Part shown: in pieces, positions 53,894 to 62,538 of the stretch
How positions within the stretch are numbered: the stretch's first letter is position 1
How the letters are laid out: the number at the start of each line of letters is the position of its first letter
From: Escherichia phage Ec_MI-02
Length of the DNA stretch: 64,000 nucleotides
Strand: one strand, 5' to 3'
Sequence record: OP856590.1
The notes under the pieces: model-generated
What the model saw: only the letters and a program-made list of their open reading frames with translations
The model's database searches: none
What the model was told of the DNA's origin: nothing
Translations under genes and position numbers: made by a program

Positions 53894-54688
53894 ATGGCAG
53901 TAACAGGACCGTGGGTAGGATCGTCTGCAGTAGTTAATACAGGACAAAATTGGATGGGTGGTGCGGCCCAACGATTAAGAATGGGCATTCCGTTCTGGAT
54001 GAGTAATATGATAGGTCGATCTGTTGAAGTAATTCACACACTTGGAGCAGACCATAACTTCAATGGTCAATGGTTCCGAGATAGATGTTTTGAGGCAGGT
54101 AGTGCACCTATAGTGTTTAATATCACCGGAAATTTGGTATCATATTCCAGAGACGTTCCTTTATTCTTCATGTACGGAGATACACCAAATGAATATGTTC
54201 AGTTGAATATTATTGGTGGAGCTCATATGTGGGGAAGAGGCGGACAAGGTGGATGGACTCATTCTGGTGGAGATGGTAATGGCCAACAAGGTGGGCATTG
54301 TATTCAAAATGATATTGGTGGACGATTAAGAATTAATAACGGCGGAGTAATTTGTGGCGGCGGTGGCGGCGGTGGCGGTATCGCTTATCGTTCTCACTCT
54401 GGTGCAAACTGGCGGGATATTGGTGGCGGTGGAGGAAGACCATTTGGCCCAGGAGGTGGCGGTGGTTATTCAGGAGGTGCTGCTTCTTATGATGGCCCAG
54501 GAGGCGGTTATAATTATGGTAATGCTCACTCTGGACAGGGTGGTGATGCTGGTGCAAATGGACAAAATGCCTGGCATGATGGCGGTAAAGTACTAAAAGT
54601 CGGGGCTGGCGGGGCTGCAGGTTATGCTGTCATAGGGTCTACGCCAACATGGCAAAATGTTGGCGTAATATATGGTCCAAGAGTATAA
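53894..54688 (+). CDS. 38: tail fiber adhesin gp38 (T2-type, glycine-rich motifs)
   Basis: 264 aa from ATG 53894; poly-Gly runs (GGGGGGGG, GGGGG, GGGGG) separated by variable segments. Confidence 0.85.
   Translation: MAVTGPWVGSSAVVNTGQNWMGGAAQRLRMGIPFWMSNMIGRSVEVIHTLGADHNFNGQWFRDRCFEAGSAPIVFNITGNLVSYSRDVPLFFMYGDTPNEYVQLNIIGGAHMWGRGGQGGWTHSGGDGNGQQGGHCIQNDIGGRLRINNGGVICGGGGGGGGIAYRSHSGANWRDIGGGGGRPFGPGGGGGYSGGAASYDGPGGGYNYGNAHSGQGGDAGANGQNAWHDGGKVLKVGAGGAAGYAVIGSTPTWQNVGVIYGPRV
54353..54480 (+). repeat. GGN-codon runs encoding the gp38 glycine-rich motifs
   Basis: ggcggtggcggc-type repeats; they also generate spurious alternative-frame ORFs. Confidence 0.7.
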
Positions 54689-54718
54689 TTTGAATAAATA
54701 TCCTTAAAAGGAGGGTCT

Positions 54719-55375
54719 ATGGCAGCACCTAGAATATCATTTTCGCCCTCTGATATTCTGTTTGGTGTTCTAGATCGCTTGTTCAAAGATAACGCTACCG
54801 GGAAAGTTCTTGCTTCCCGGGTAGCTGTCGTAATTCTTTTGTTTATAATGGCGATTGTTTGGTATAGGGGAGATAGTTTCTTTGAGTACTATAAGCAATC
54901 AAAGTATGAAACATACAGTGAAATTATTGAAAAGGAAAGAAATGCACGCTTTGAATCTGTCGCCCTGGAACAACTCCAGATAGTTCATATATCATCTGAG
55001 GCAGACTTTAGTGCGGTGTATTCTTTCCGCCCTAAAAACTTAAACTATTTTGTTGATATTATAGCATACGAAGGAAAACTACCTTCAACAATAAGTGAAA
55101 AATCACTTGGAGGATATCCTGTTGATAAAACTATGGATGAATATGCAGTTCATTTAAATGGACGTCATTATTATTCCAATTCAAAATTTGCTTTTTTACC
55201 AACCAAAAAGCCTACTCCCGAAATAAATTACATGTACAGTTGTCCATATTTTAATTTGGATAATATCTATGCTGGAACAATAACCATGTATTGGTATAGA
55301 AATGATCATATAAGTAATGACCGCCTTGAATCAATATGTGCTCAGGCGGCCAGAATATTAGGAAGGGCTAAATAA
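54719..55375 (+). CDS. t: holin T
   Basis: 218 aa, MAAPRISFSPSDILFGVLDRLFKDNATGKV with a single TM segment. Confidence 0.95.
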   Translation: MAAPRISFSPSDILFGVLDRLFKDNATGKVLASRVAVVILLFIMAIVWYRGDSFFEYYKQSKYETYSEIIEKERNARFESVALEQLQIVHISSEADFSAVYSFRPKNLNYFVDIIAYEGKLPSTISEKSLGGYPVDKTMDEYAVHLNGRHYYSNSKFAFLPTKKPTPEINYMYSCPYFNLDNIYAGTITMYWYRNDHISNDRLESICAQAARILGRAK

Positions 55376-55648
55376 TTATTTGTTTGTATACATCTCTAGA
55401 TATCGATATACACCCTCAAAACCCTCGTTGAATTCATCGATGAGGGTTTTCTTATCTTCTTGAGTTAATTCAGAAACAATTTTACGGAATGAATTCTGAT
55501 TCAACTTTCTACCTTCATGCGTTACTCCAATCTCATTCAGAAATGCAATAAAATTAGCACGATTCTCAACAATATCTTCTCGGGAAAATTTAATCAAAAT
55601 AGACGCAACAGTAATAATTTCACGAACTGTATCAATATTTTTATTCAT
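55376..55648 (-). CDS. asiA: anti-sigma70 protein AsiA
   Basis: 90 aa, MNKNIDTVREIITVASILIKFSREDIVENRANF. Confidence 0.95.
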   Translation of the reverse strand: MNKNIDTVREIITVASILIKFSREDIVENRANFIAFLNEIGVTHEGRKLNQNSFRKIVSELTQEDKKTLIDEFNEGFEGVYRYLEMYTNK

Positions 55649-55660
55649 TAACTATACCAC

Positions 55661-55813
55661 TCAATTAGTTGACTTTACTATAATATCATCAGACGCTTGA
55701 TTTGTAAACTGGTCTGTGGTATTTTCTTCAAAAATTTTTTCTACGAATTCCTTGAACGACTTACGTTCCTGAGCTACATTATGCTCGATTACTTTTTCAA
55801 GATTATGACTCAT
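55661..55813 (-). CDS. small hypothetical protein (50 aa), not in ORF track
   Basis: ATG overlaps the arn stop (ATGA); translation MSHNLEKVIEHNVAQERKSFKEFVEKIFEENTTDQFTNQASDDIIVKSTN. Confidence 0.45.
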   Translation of the reverse strand: MSHNLEKVIEHNVAQERKSFKEFVEKIFEENTTDQFTNQASDDIIVKSTN

Positions 55814-56088
55814 TCGAAATAATCTTCAATTTCATAATCAAGAACATAAATCATTATAGTTTTTAATACATCATCAATACTTTTTCCTGGAGCTGGAATT
55901 ACGTAAAAATATCCCGCCTTTGAATTATCTTTATAAATTCCAACCAAGAAATCATTATTCTCAAGATGCAGTTCTTCAACTAATTCATTAACAATTGAGT
56001 GGTATAAATTTGGTAGTAACTTATATAGCTTTTCTAGAATATCAATTTTGATTGTGTATTGAACTACAGATTGAGAATCAATAATCAT
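55810..56088 (-). CDS. arn: anti-restriction nuclease Arn
   Basis: 92-aa acidic protein, MIIDSQSVVQYTIKIDILEKLYKLL. Confidence 0.8.
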   Translation of the reverse strand: MIIDSQSVVQYTIKIDILEKLYKLLPNLYHSIVNELVEELHLENNDFLVGIYKDNSKAGYFYVIPAPGKSIDDVLKTIMIYVLDYEIEDYFE

Positions 56089-56165
56089 AGACCTTCCCCT
56101 TATGTTTCTGTTTGCGATTAGATTCTTTAAACGCTTTCTTCTTATCTTTATGGACAGAAGCTTTA

Positions 56166-56390
56166 TTAAAATTGTGTTTTGCGACTAAATTGTTCATAGT
56201 GCTGAATTACCTCTCTTAAACAATTGCATGTGAATGAAAACTTTTTAGCTACACCACATTCAAATATATGTTCTCTTAAATCACGTGTATCAGTATATCC
56301 CATCTTAACGATAAAATGCCGTATTAGATTTTTATCTTTATCATTGAGAGAATTAAAATAATCGGATTTTGAATTAATTTCCCTGGCCAA
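56166..56390 (-). CDS. hypothetical protein (74 aa)
   Basis: ORF in the arn-motA operon. Confidence 0.55.
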   Translation of the reverse strand: MAREINSKSDYFNSLNDKDKNLIRHFIVKMGYTDTRDLREHIFECGVAKKFSFTCNCLREVIQHYEQFSRKTQF

Positions 56391-56670
56391 ATTGAACCAC
56401 CTTCAGTTGACGTTTTAGTTCTTTTATCATTTCTTCGTTCATCGCAATATAAAGATCGCGTAAAGCAGGTTTTAACATTCCATTTATTGGAGAACTAAAT
56501 GGGCATACATAATCTTTTCCTACGAGCTTTTTGGTGAATTCCATATTACAGAACTGAAATGCCGGTTCATTGGCATAAATTCCCCAATTAGTTGACATCA
56601 TTTTATTGGCATATTCTAGTGCCTGGATTTGATTCTTAATTCCATCAATTTGAAACTTTTTAATATTCAT
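56374..56670 (-). CDS. hypothetical protein (98 aa)
   Basis: ORF in the arn-motA operon. Confidence 0.6.
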   Translation of the reverse strand: MNIKKFQIDGIKNQIQALEYANKMMSTNWGIYANEPAFQFCNMEFTKKLVGKDYVCPFSSPINGMLKPALRDLYIAMNEEMIKELKRQLKVVQFGQGN

Positions 56671-57131
56671 TAGTAAAGGTCCTCAGAGTAAAGTTCTTTT
56701 TCACTACCACCGCGTTCAATACGTACTTGTCCGGCGTAAGTTGCAATAATCATTGCTTCTTCACGTGTCCAATAATTACTATATTGGTCAATAAACCCTT
56801 GGTCATCATCACAAACTTGTTGAGTAACTAATTGAGGTTTAACTACATCTAAAACTTCTGCCATATCTTTAGAATAATGACGAGCACCCGGAATAACAAG
56901 AGTTCGTCCATCTTTTAATTTAAAACGGTTGGCTGCGCAAACAATTCGTCGTTGATATTTTTGGTTTTCGTCCCAATACGCAGTCTGCCAACAGATTTCA
57001 GGAACTTCATCTAAAACATTTTGTTCTGTGTATTCACCACTGTAAGAAGCTAATTTAGCAGCCAAACTTTCTGGAGTCTCACGTGACAAAGCTTTATCTA
57101 ACAGAGCTAAACGTTCTTTAAAAGTTTTCAT
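56670..57131 (-). CDS. hypothetical protein (153 aa)
   Basis: ATGA-coupled ORF. Confidence 0.6.
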   Translation of the reverse strand: MKTFKERLALLDKALSRETPESLAAKLASYSGEYTEQNVLDEVPEICWQTAYWDENQKYQRRIVCAANRFKLKDGRTLVIPGARHYSKDMAEVLDVVKPQLVTQQVCDDDQGFIDQYSNYWTREEAMIIATYAGQVRIERGGSEKELYSEDLY

Positions 57132-57457
57132 TTAAACCATCCTTTAATACGCTGCCACAAAGTTTTCTGTTGAGCTTTATTAACACCAATTGAGCGAATA
57201 ACTGGTTGAGATTCCTGGAATTCTTTATAATCAGCAAGGTAAATTTCGTAAGCTGCATCCGTAAATGAACTTATCGCCGCCATAAAATTATTGCGAATAC
57301 CTACTGGAGCATCTTTACTTTCACGAATAATCATGTATTTACCAGTCTTAATCTTTACGATAGTTCCAAGATAAGCTCCGTGGTACCAGATGTCCCATCC
57401 CTCTTGAGTGGGTTCTGCACAACGACGAAGTTCATTAACAATTTCTAACTTGTTCAT
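57128..57457 (-). CDS. hypothetical protein (109 aa)
   Basis: ATGA-coupled ORF. Confidence 0.6.
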   Translation of the reverse strand: MNKLEIVNELRRCAEPTQEGWDIWYHGAYLGTIVKIKTGKYMIIRESKDAPVGIRNNFMAAISSFTDAAYEIYLADYKEFQESQPVIRSIGVNKAQQKTLWQRIKGWFK

Positions 57458-57467
57458 TATTTATTCC

Positions 57468-58103
57468 TCACAGTTCAGATGCTACGGTGATTACTGCTTC
57501 AATGTTTTCTGCCGAGCGTTTAATGTCAAGATACACATTACCGTTTTTAGCGATTTTACATGACATTCCGATATCAGTAAATTTCTGAATATGATGTTCC
57601 ATCATTTTGTATCCAAAAATTCGCATATTTCCGTTGTTGTTAATTTCAAAATTGCGAATTCCGTGAGTGCGTTTTTCTAAAATAGCAAGATAGTTACTGC
57701 GGTAAGTTTCAACCTTTTTAAGAACAAATCCATTTTCATCTAAAAGTTTTAACATGAAGTCTTTATCTTCTTCCATATCGGAAGTAATCTCACGAGCTTT
57801 ACGAGTTGCTCGTTTTTTCAGCAGTTCAGGAGCATTTTCCTGTGCGTATAAAGTTGCTGCGTTTGAAATAATATCCTGAGCTTCACCAGTAATGATTAAT
57901 CCATCACCAGATTTCTCCACCAGGCCTTTTTTAATCAATACCCCAATATTACTATTAACTACTGCATTACCTAAATCTGGATGCACCTCACGAACTTCTG
58001 CAGCTGTAATGAAATCTTTCTTAGCAATGGTAATTAAAATCGCAGCAGTTTTTTCATTCAGAACATCGTTAGAAGCTTTGATGATGTAAGTTACTTTAGA
58101 CAT
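57468..58103 (-). CDS. motA: middle-transcription activator MotA
   Basis: 211 aa, MSKVTYIIKASNDVLNEKTAAILITIAKKDFITAAEV. Confidence 0.95.
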   Translation of the reverse strand: MSKVTYIIKASNDVLNEKTAAILITIAKKDFITAAEVREVHPDLGNAVVNSNIGVLIKKGLVEKSGDGLIITGEAQDIISNAATLYAQENAPELLKKRATRKAREITSDMEEDKDFMLKLLDENGFVLKKVETYRSNYLAILEKRTHGIRNFEINNNGNMRIFGYKMMEHHIQKFTDIGMSCKIAKNGNVYLDIKRSAENIEAVITVASEL

Positions 58104-58124
58104 TTTCTAATCTCCGTAATTCTG

Positions 58125-58226
58125 TATCAGTAGTTGATAGTTGTATAGTACCACAGTATGCTTTGGTTGTAAACCATTTTGTGAAAAAATTTTTTGAAAT
58201 AAAAAAGGGAGAGCCGAGGCTCTCCC
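58125..58226 (-). repeat. early promoter plus stem-loop cassette (PeSL-like), copy 2, upstream of motA
   Basis: hairpin GGGAGAGCC-(loop)-GGCTCTCCC, A/T tract, GTTTACAA-17-TACTAT, conserved leader. Confidence 0.6.
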
Positions 58227-58231
58227 TAAAA

Positions 58232-58381
58232 TTACTGCATGACTGTGATAACTGTCATGATAACACGTTGAATTCCGAACGCAAGAAGACCTCCTGCTAC
58301 GGCAGGAACAACACCTAAACCCGCCAGTAAAACGCAACCAGATACTAATGCAGCGCTTGTAATACCTATGAATGGACTCAT
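58232..58381 (-). CDS. small hydrophobic membrane peptide (49 aa), not in ORF track
   Basis: ATG overlaps the gene 52 stop (ATGA); MSPFIGITSAALVSGCVLLAGLGVVPAVAGGLLAFGIQRVIMTVITVMQ. Confidence 0.5.
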   Translation of the reverse strand: MSPFIGITSAALVSGCVLLAGLGVVPAVAGGLLAFGIQRVIMTVITVMQ

Positions 58382-59706
58382 TTGATTTCCTCTAAATCTT
58401 TGGTGTATTCTGTAACTACATCAGTAGTTTTCCAATATTCGTTTTCTTCTTTTTTAGCTTTAGCTTCTTCAGCAAGTTTCTTTGCTTCGTCGGAAGTCAT
58501 ATGAAAAATATTCATTCCAACTAGTTTATCAACATAAGAAGAATACATATCAATTTTAGAAAGTTCTTCGGTCAGTTCTTTACGAGTTTTACCCTGCACA
58601 ACAATTTCACCCGAAATTACTTTCTTAATGAAATGTGCCTTGGCAAAGGCTAAACGAAATGCTGATTCAGTTTCTTTGATTTTGTTATCAATTCGTTTTT
58701 GGACATAAGTTTTACGAACTTCAACGAAGTCTTTGATTAAATCAACTACGTTATCGTAAACTTGCAGTTTTCCTTTCTCATTAATAACGGTAATATTCTG
58801 GGAACGCCGCTCAATCAACCCGAAGTCTTTCATAATTTTTGCGTGTCGTTCTTCTTCATTATCGCTCAAAGAGTATTCTTTACGGAATTTAACTTTGAAG
58901 CCAAAACCGTGCTCACCGCAAGCATCATCCCACGTAATGAAGCCTTTATCTTCAAGCGGGTCTAAGATTTTACTCACGTAAGTTTCACGATCATACTTAT
59001 ACGGAATCTCAGTGATATGCATTTGAGTTCGTGAAGTAAACTTGTACGTTCCACGAATTTCATATTGACCGTCAATTTCAACGACTTCACCGCGAAATTC
59101 TGGGAATTCTACCTTCGGTTTAGTTACTTTCTTTCCTTGAAGAGCTTGCAATACAGCTTTCTTGACAGAAGAAACGCTATGAGGAAGAATGTAAGTTGCA
59201 TAACCAGTTGCAATACCGGAAACACCGTTAAGAAGAACAGTAGGAATAATAGGCAAATAGAAAGCAGGCGGAATGTGTTCTTTATCTTGATGTACCGGAG
59301 CATATTCAGTATCTTTATATACGTTATAGAAATTTTTACTTACACGAGCAAAAATATAACGACTTGCCGCTGCTTTTTGAACGGTACGAGAACCAAAGTT
59401 TCCTTGACCATCTAACAAAGGAAAGTTATTATTCCAAGTGTTAGCCATCAAAGCGCCCGCGTCTTGTGCAGAGTTTTCACCATGATGATATCCAAGGTCC
59501 GCTACACCACCTGCAATAGAAGCGAGTTTGTGAAACTTATCTTTATTTCCTCGTGCCAAATCAAGAGCTCGAGCAATAACAAATCGTTGAACTGGCTTAA
59601 ATCCATCAATCATATTTGGGATAGCACGATTTTCAACCGTGTACATAGCATAAGCCAATGCTTCATTATCAATGATACTTTTTAAATCGCGATTATTCAG
59701 TTGCAT
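58378..59706 (-). CDS. 52: DNA topoisomerase II medium subunit gp52
   Basis: 442 aa; GyrA-like N-terminal region. Confidence 0.95.
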   Translation of the reverse strand: MQLNNRDLKSIIDNEALAYAMYTVENRAIPNMIDGFKPVQRFVIARALDLARGNKDKFHKLASIAGGVADLGYHHGENSAQDAGALMANTWNNNFPLLDGQGNFGSRTVQKAAASRYIFARVSKNFYNVYKDTEYAPVHQDKEHIPPAFYLPIIPTVLLNGVSGIATGYATYILPHSVSSVKKAVLQALQGKKVTKPKVEFPEFRGEVVEIDGQYEIRGTYKFTSRTQMHITEIPYKYDRETYVSKILDPLEDKGFITWDDACGEHGFGFKVKFRKEYSLSDNEEERHAKIMKDFGLIERRSQNITVINEKGKLQVYDNVVDLIKDFVEVRKTYVQKRIDNKIKETESAFRLAFAKAHFIKKVISGEIVVQGKTRKELTEELSKIDMYSSYVDKLVGMNIFHMTSDEAKKLAEEAKAKKEENEYWKTTDVVTEYTKDLEEIK

Positions 59707-59843
59707 AAATTTACCATACTAGTGAATGTAGTGCCATAATAACATCAGAAATGAAAAGCACGACTTGAATTAATCCGAACATTACTCCATAATATAGTGC
59801 TACCAATAAAGTAGCAAGGGCTAATGAATAGCCCAAGATTTTC

Positions 59844-60002
59844 TTAATCATTAGTAGATAACAACACAAATGTTAAATATGCACACATACCCTGGGCTAA
59901 AGCTTGTGAAAACACACTGCTAGCATCAATACAGATAGTTAAAACACATGCTACTATCCAACAAACAAATGAAATAACTCCTAATAATTTTGCGATATTC
60001 AT
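59844..60002 (-). CDS. ac: small membrane protein (Ac-like, acridine sensitivity)
   Basis: 52 aa from ATG 60002 with RBS GAGGAG; hydrophobic. Confidence 0.6.
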   Translation of the reverse strand: MNIAKLLGVISFVCWIVACVLTICIDASSVFSQALAQGMCAYLTFVLLSTND

Positions 60003-60012
60003 AATATTCTCC

Positions 60013-60168
60013 TCAACTATTTTTAGAACCAATGTACGCGAATAATGATAAAATCGCTAATACGCCCTGAGCTGATGCTTGCAAAAATACTGAAGTTTCT
60101 CCAGTTATTACTGTTCCGATGCATAAAAAGAACCAACAGAAAAAGGCTATACCGTGAACAAATTTCAT
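60013..60168 (-). CDS. small hydrophobic membrane peptide (51 aa), not in ORF track
   Basis: MKFVHGIAFFCWFFLCIGTVITGETSVFLQASAQGVLAILSLFAYIGSKNS; resembles the adjacent Ac-like peptide. Confidence 0.5.
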   Translation of the reverse strand: MKFVHGIAFFCWFFLCIGTVITGETSVFLQASAQGVLAILSLFAYIGSKNS

Positions 60169-60175
60169 ATTTTCC

Positions 60176-60256
60176 TCACTGGCGTCCGAAGACGCCTTTG
60201 GTTTTAAGATTATTACGATAGAACTGCATCACGTGTTCGTTATGGAAATTACTCAT
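60176..60256 (-). CDS. stp: Stp peptide (26 aa)
   Basis: [26 protein letters not shown]; ATG overlaps the ndd stop (TAATG). Confidence 0.85.
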
Positions 60257-60708
60257 TAGTATGCCTGCAAAACAAATTTAAAGTTATCAGCCAACATACG
60301 GTTCATTTCTTCAAGCGTTTGATATTCAGAATGATGATTACGAGTAAACGCTAAAGCTAACTGGCCTTTTCCAAATCCTGTCGTCAGAGGTTTCATCTTA
60401 GAAGCAGGTAGATAAAATACTGCGTATGGAACATTATTATTTGCAATAGTACGCGCAAGCTGAGACCGACGTTGACGAATATGACTTAGAACTGCACTGA
60501 ATCCTTGCTTAGAACGCTGATTACCTACATAAAATCGTGCAGATACGCATGAACCATATGAACCATCGAATTCACTTACCAAAAAGTAAAATCCAGGTTT
60601 AGATAAAATATCTTTGTGCGGAGTTCCCAAAAACCATTCACCACCCTTGATTGTACCAATAACAGTAGCACCTGCATTATTCAGATCAGTAACAGTCATG
60701 TATTTCAT
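60256..60708 (-). CDS. ndd: nucleoid disruption protein Ndd
   Basis: 150 aa, [28 protein letters not shown]. Confidence 0.9.
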
Positions 60709-60767
60709 ATTAATTTCCTCTAATTATTTTCTACTCCAAGGCCGCATGAATACACACGGCCAATAAA

Positions 60768-60983
60768 TTAATCGTCGCAATCGACGCTCAATTCCCAGAA
60801 CTCTTCTACAGTATAAGTTTCAGTATCATTTTCAATACAGAAACGTTCATTACTGTTGTTTGCTAAAGTAGCGTTAACTGTCATTTTCTCGCTAGTGCTC
60901 TTAAGAGGTGAAATACGAATTAACTGATCACCACTATCCAAGCAAAAAATTTCGCCAACTTTTACATCTTTAAAAATTTTCAT
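60768..60983 (-). CDS. hypothetical protein (71 aa)
   Basis: ORF downstream of denB. Confidence 0.55.
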   Translation of the reverse strand: MKIFKDVKVGEIFCLDSGDQLIRISPLKSTSEKMTVNATLANNSNERFCIENDTETYTVEEFWELSVDCDD

Positions 60984-61098
60984 AATTCACCTCAGGGAGT
61001 ATAAAATCCAAATGCAGTTGTTGACCATCCCATCCAATACGGAAAATTTGCACCAACGTAAAACATGAGAATATAAAACCAACCACTCAGCAAATTTA

Positions 61099-61296
61099 TC
61101 ATTTTACACCATTCCAAATTGTTTCAACCACAGATTTTAAGCCATTTTGATGAATGTCCATTCCGACAACCGCCATCAAATAAATTCCAACTACAACTGA
61201 ACCTAAGGCGAAAATCAGCATGAAAATGAATAAAGCCGGAAAAATATTATCGAAAAACCATTCAACAAATGTAAAAGCAATGCGTTTACGCTTCAT
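61099..61296 (-). CDS. small membrane protein (65 aa)
   Basis: start trimmed to ATG 61296 with RBS GAGGAAAA; hydrophobic. Confidence 0.5.
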   Translation of the reverse strand: MKRKRIAFTFVEWFFDNIFPALFIFMLIFALGSVVVGIYLMAVVGMDIHQNGLKSVVETIWNGVK

Positions 61297-61303
61297 ATTT
61301 TCC

Positions 61304-61417
61304 TCACATAAATCCAAAGTAAGCGTTTAATACATCAATCATTAAAACGATTGGGAATATACTCAAAACTACTAGTATTATAACTACATTCCATATAGCT
61401 TTAATAATCTTTTTCAT
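61304..61417 (-). CDS. hydrophobic peptide (37 aa)
   Basis: ATG 61417 with RBS GGAGGAA; the longer track ORF runs through a promoter and was trimmed. Confidence 0.45.
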   Translation of the reverse strand: MKKIIKAIWNVVIILVVLSIFPIVLMIDVLNAYFGFM

Positions 61418-61445
61418 TTTCTGTTCCTCCGTAGTTGATAGAGTA

Positions 61446-61474
61446 ATAATACCACAGAGGAACAGTCTTGTAAA
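61446..61474 (-). promoter_or_regulatory. sigma70-type early promoter
   Basis: minus-strand GTTTACAA, 17-nt spacer, TATTAT. Confidence 0.5.
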
Positions 61475-61692
61475 CAACTTTTTTAAAAATATTCGTAATA
61501 AATGTGAATACCAACTACTACCGCTGAAACTTGCGCAACCCACCATGCACAAGCAATAAGTACAGAATTCAAAATTTTCATAATAACCTCATTACAAAAG
61601 TAAATGTTAAACAAATTAATGGAATACTAATTAACCAAATAAAACACCACCACAATGAACTCATAGTTCAATCTCAACGATTTTCATTTTAC

Positions 61693-61899
61693 TCAATAAT
61701 CTGCTAAAAGATCGACGATTGCATCACGAAGACACTTATTCGCAATACGTTTAAGAGCAATTTCAGTTTCTGGAGCATTTTGAATAATCATTGAATTCAA
61801 TTCAGCCTCAGCAAACTGAAGTTCTTTAACTAATTCAGCTTTATATTTTCCTTGCCCTTTCTTAGCTTTTGCTCGTTTTAATTCAGCTGTAGTAAACAT
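61693..61899 (-). CDS. hypothetical protein (68 aa)
   Basis: start trimmed to ATG 61899 with RBS GGAGAA. Confidence 0.55.
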   Translation of the reverse strand: MFTTAELKRAKAKKGQGKYKAELVKELQFAEAELNSMIIQNAPETEIALKRIANKCLRDAIVDLLADY

Positions 61900-61923
61900 T
61901 TTATTCTCCAAATCCGTATCAGT

Positions 61924-61975
61924 TGATAGTTGTATAGTACCACAGTCCTTGTGGTATGTAAACCGTTTTGTGAAA
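61924..61975 (-). repeat. early promoter cassette (PeSL-like, partial), copy 3
   Basis: GGTTTACAT-17-TACTAT with the same conserved leader as copies 1 and 2; no upstream hairpin. Confidence 0.55.
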
Positions 61976-61980
61976 ATTTT

Positions 61981-62538
61981 TTAAATGGAAAGATACCATC
62001 CGTTGTAGTTGCTTTTTCTTACAACCTTACGAAGGTCTTCTCTGTCACCAATGAACTTCGGAGTGTATTGAATGACACCTGGATGAATTTCTTTAGTGTT
62101 GAATATAATTATACAGTCAGCGACCTGATGATTCAGAATGGGCCCTAGATTTATTCCAGAACCATATGGATACTCTCCGCTGCATCCTGTTGTTACAGAA
62201 ATCCAACGTGAGTCAGTTTGATGTGTCTTAACTTCTACACGAAGCCCGCAGTATCTTGGATGCGCCAATACATCCCATGCGTATGTATACGGGTCATTAA
62301 CGTCCTCTTGGCCTTTATTAACATACCCGCTTAGCCAATCTGCTACAAAAAACTCTGCGTACACCGCGATACGGCATCTTTCGATAACTTCTGCTTTATC
62401 CTGATTTGGATTTTGTTTTAAAGAGTATCTTGCTGTATCAGCAATTTTGACCTTCATTTCACTAGTCAAGTCACTGTTCGATAGGGTAAATGTCGGAATC
62501 TGAAATAGTCTCTGTAAACCCGGATTCGTTTTCTGCAT
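61981..62538 (-). CDS. denB: endonuclease IV
   Basis: 185 aa; overlaps the upstream ORF by 68 nt, so an internal ATG at 62457 is an alternative start. Confidence 0.8.
   Translation of the reverse strand: MQKTNPGLQRLFQIPTFTLSNSDLTSEMKVKIADTARYSLKQNPNQDKAEVIERCRIAVYAEFFVADWLSGYVNKGQEDVNDPYTYAWDVLAHPRYCGLRVEVKTHQTDSRWISVTTGCSGEYPYGSGINLGPILNHQVADCIIIFNTKEIHPGVIQYTPKFIGDREDLRKVVRKSNYNGWYLSI

Noticed and set aside
54333-54596. His-rich and Val/Ala-rich alternative-frame ORFs overlapping gene 38
   Set aside because: Generated by the GGN-codon repeats that encode the gp38 glycine runs; no independent start signals.
58107-58337. 76-aa Cys/Arg-rich minus-strand ORF
   Set aside because: Spans the motA promoter and hairpin cassette; the 49-aa hydrophobic peptide in another frame, coupled to gene 52 by ATGA, is the more plausible gene.
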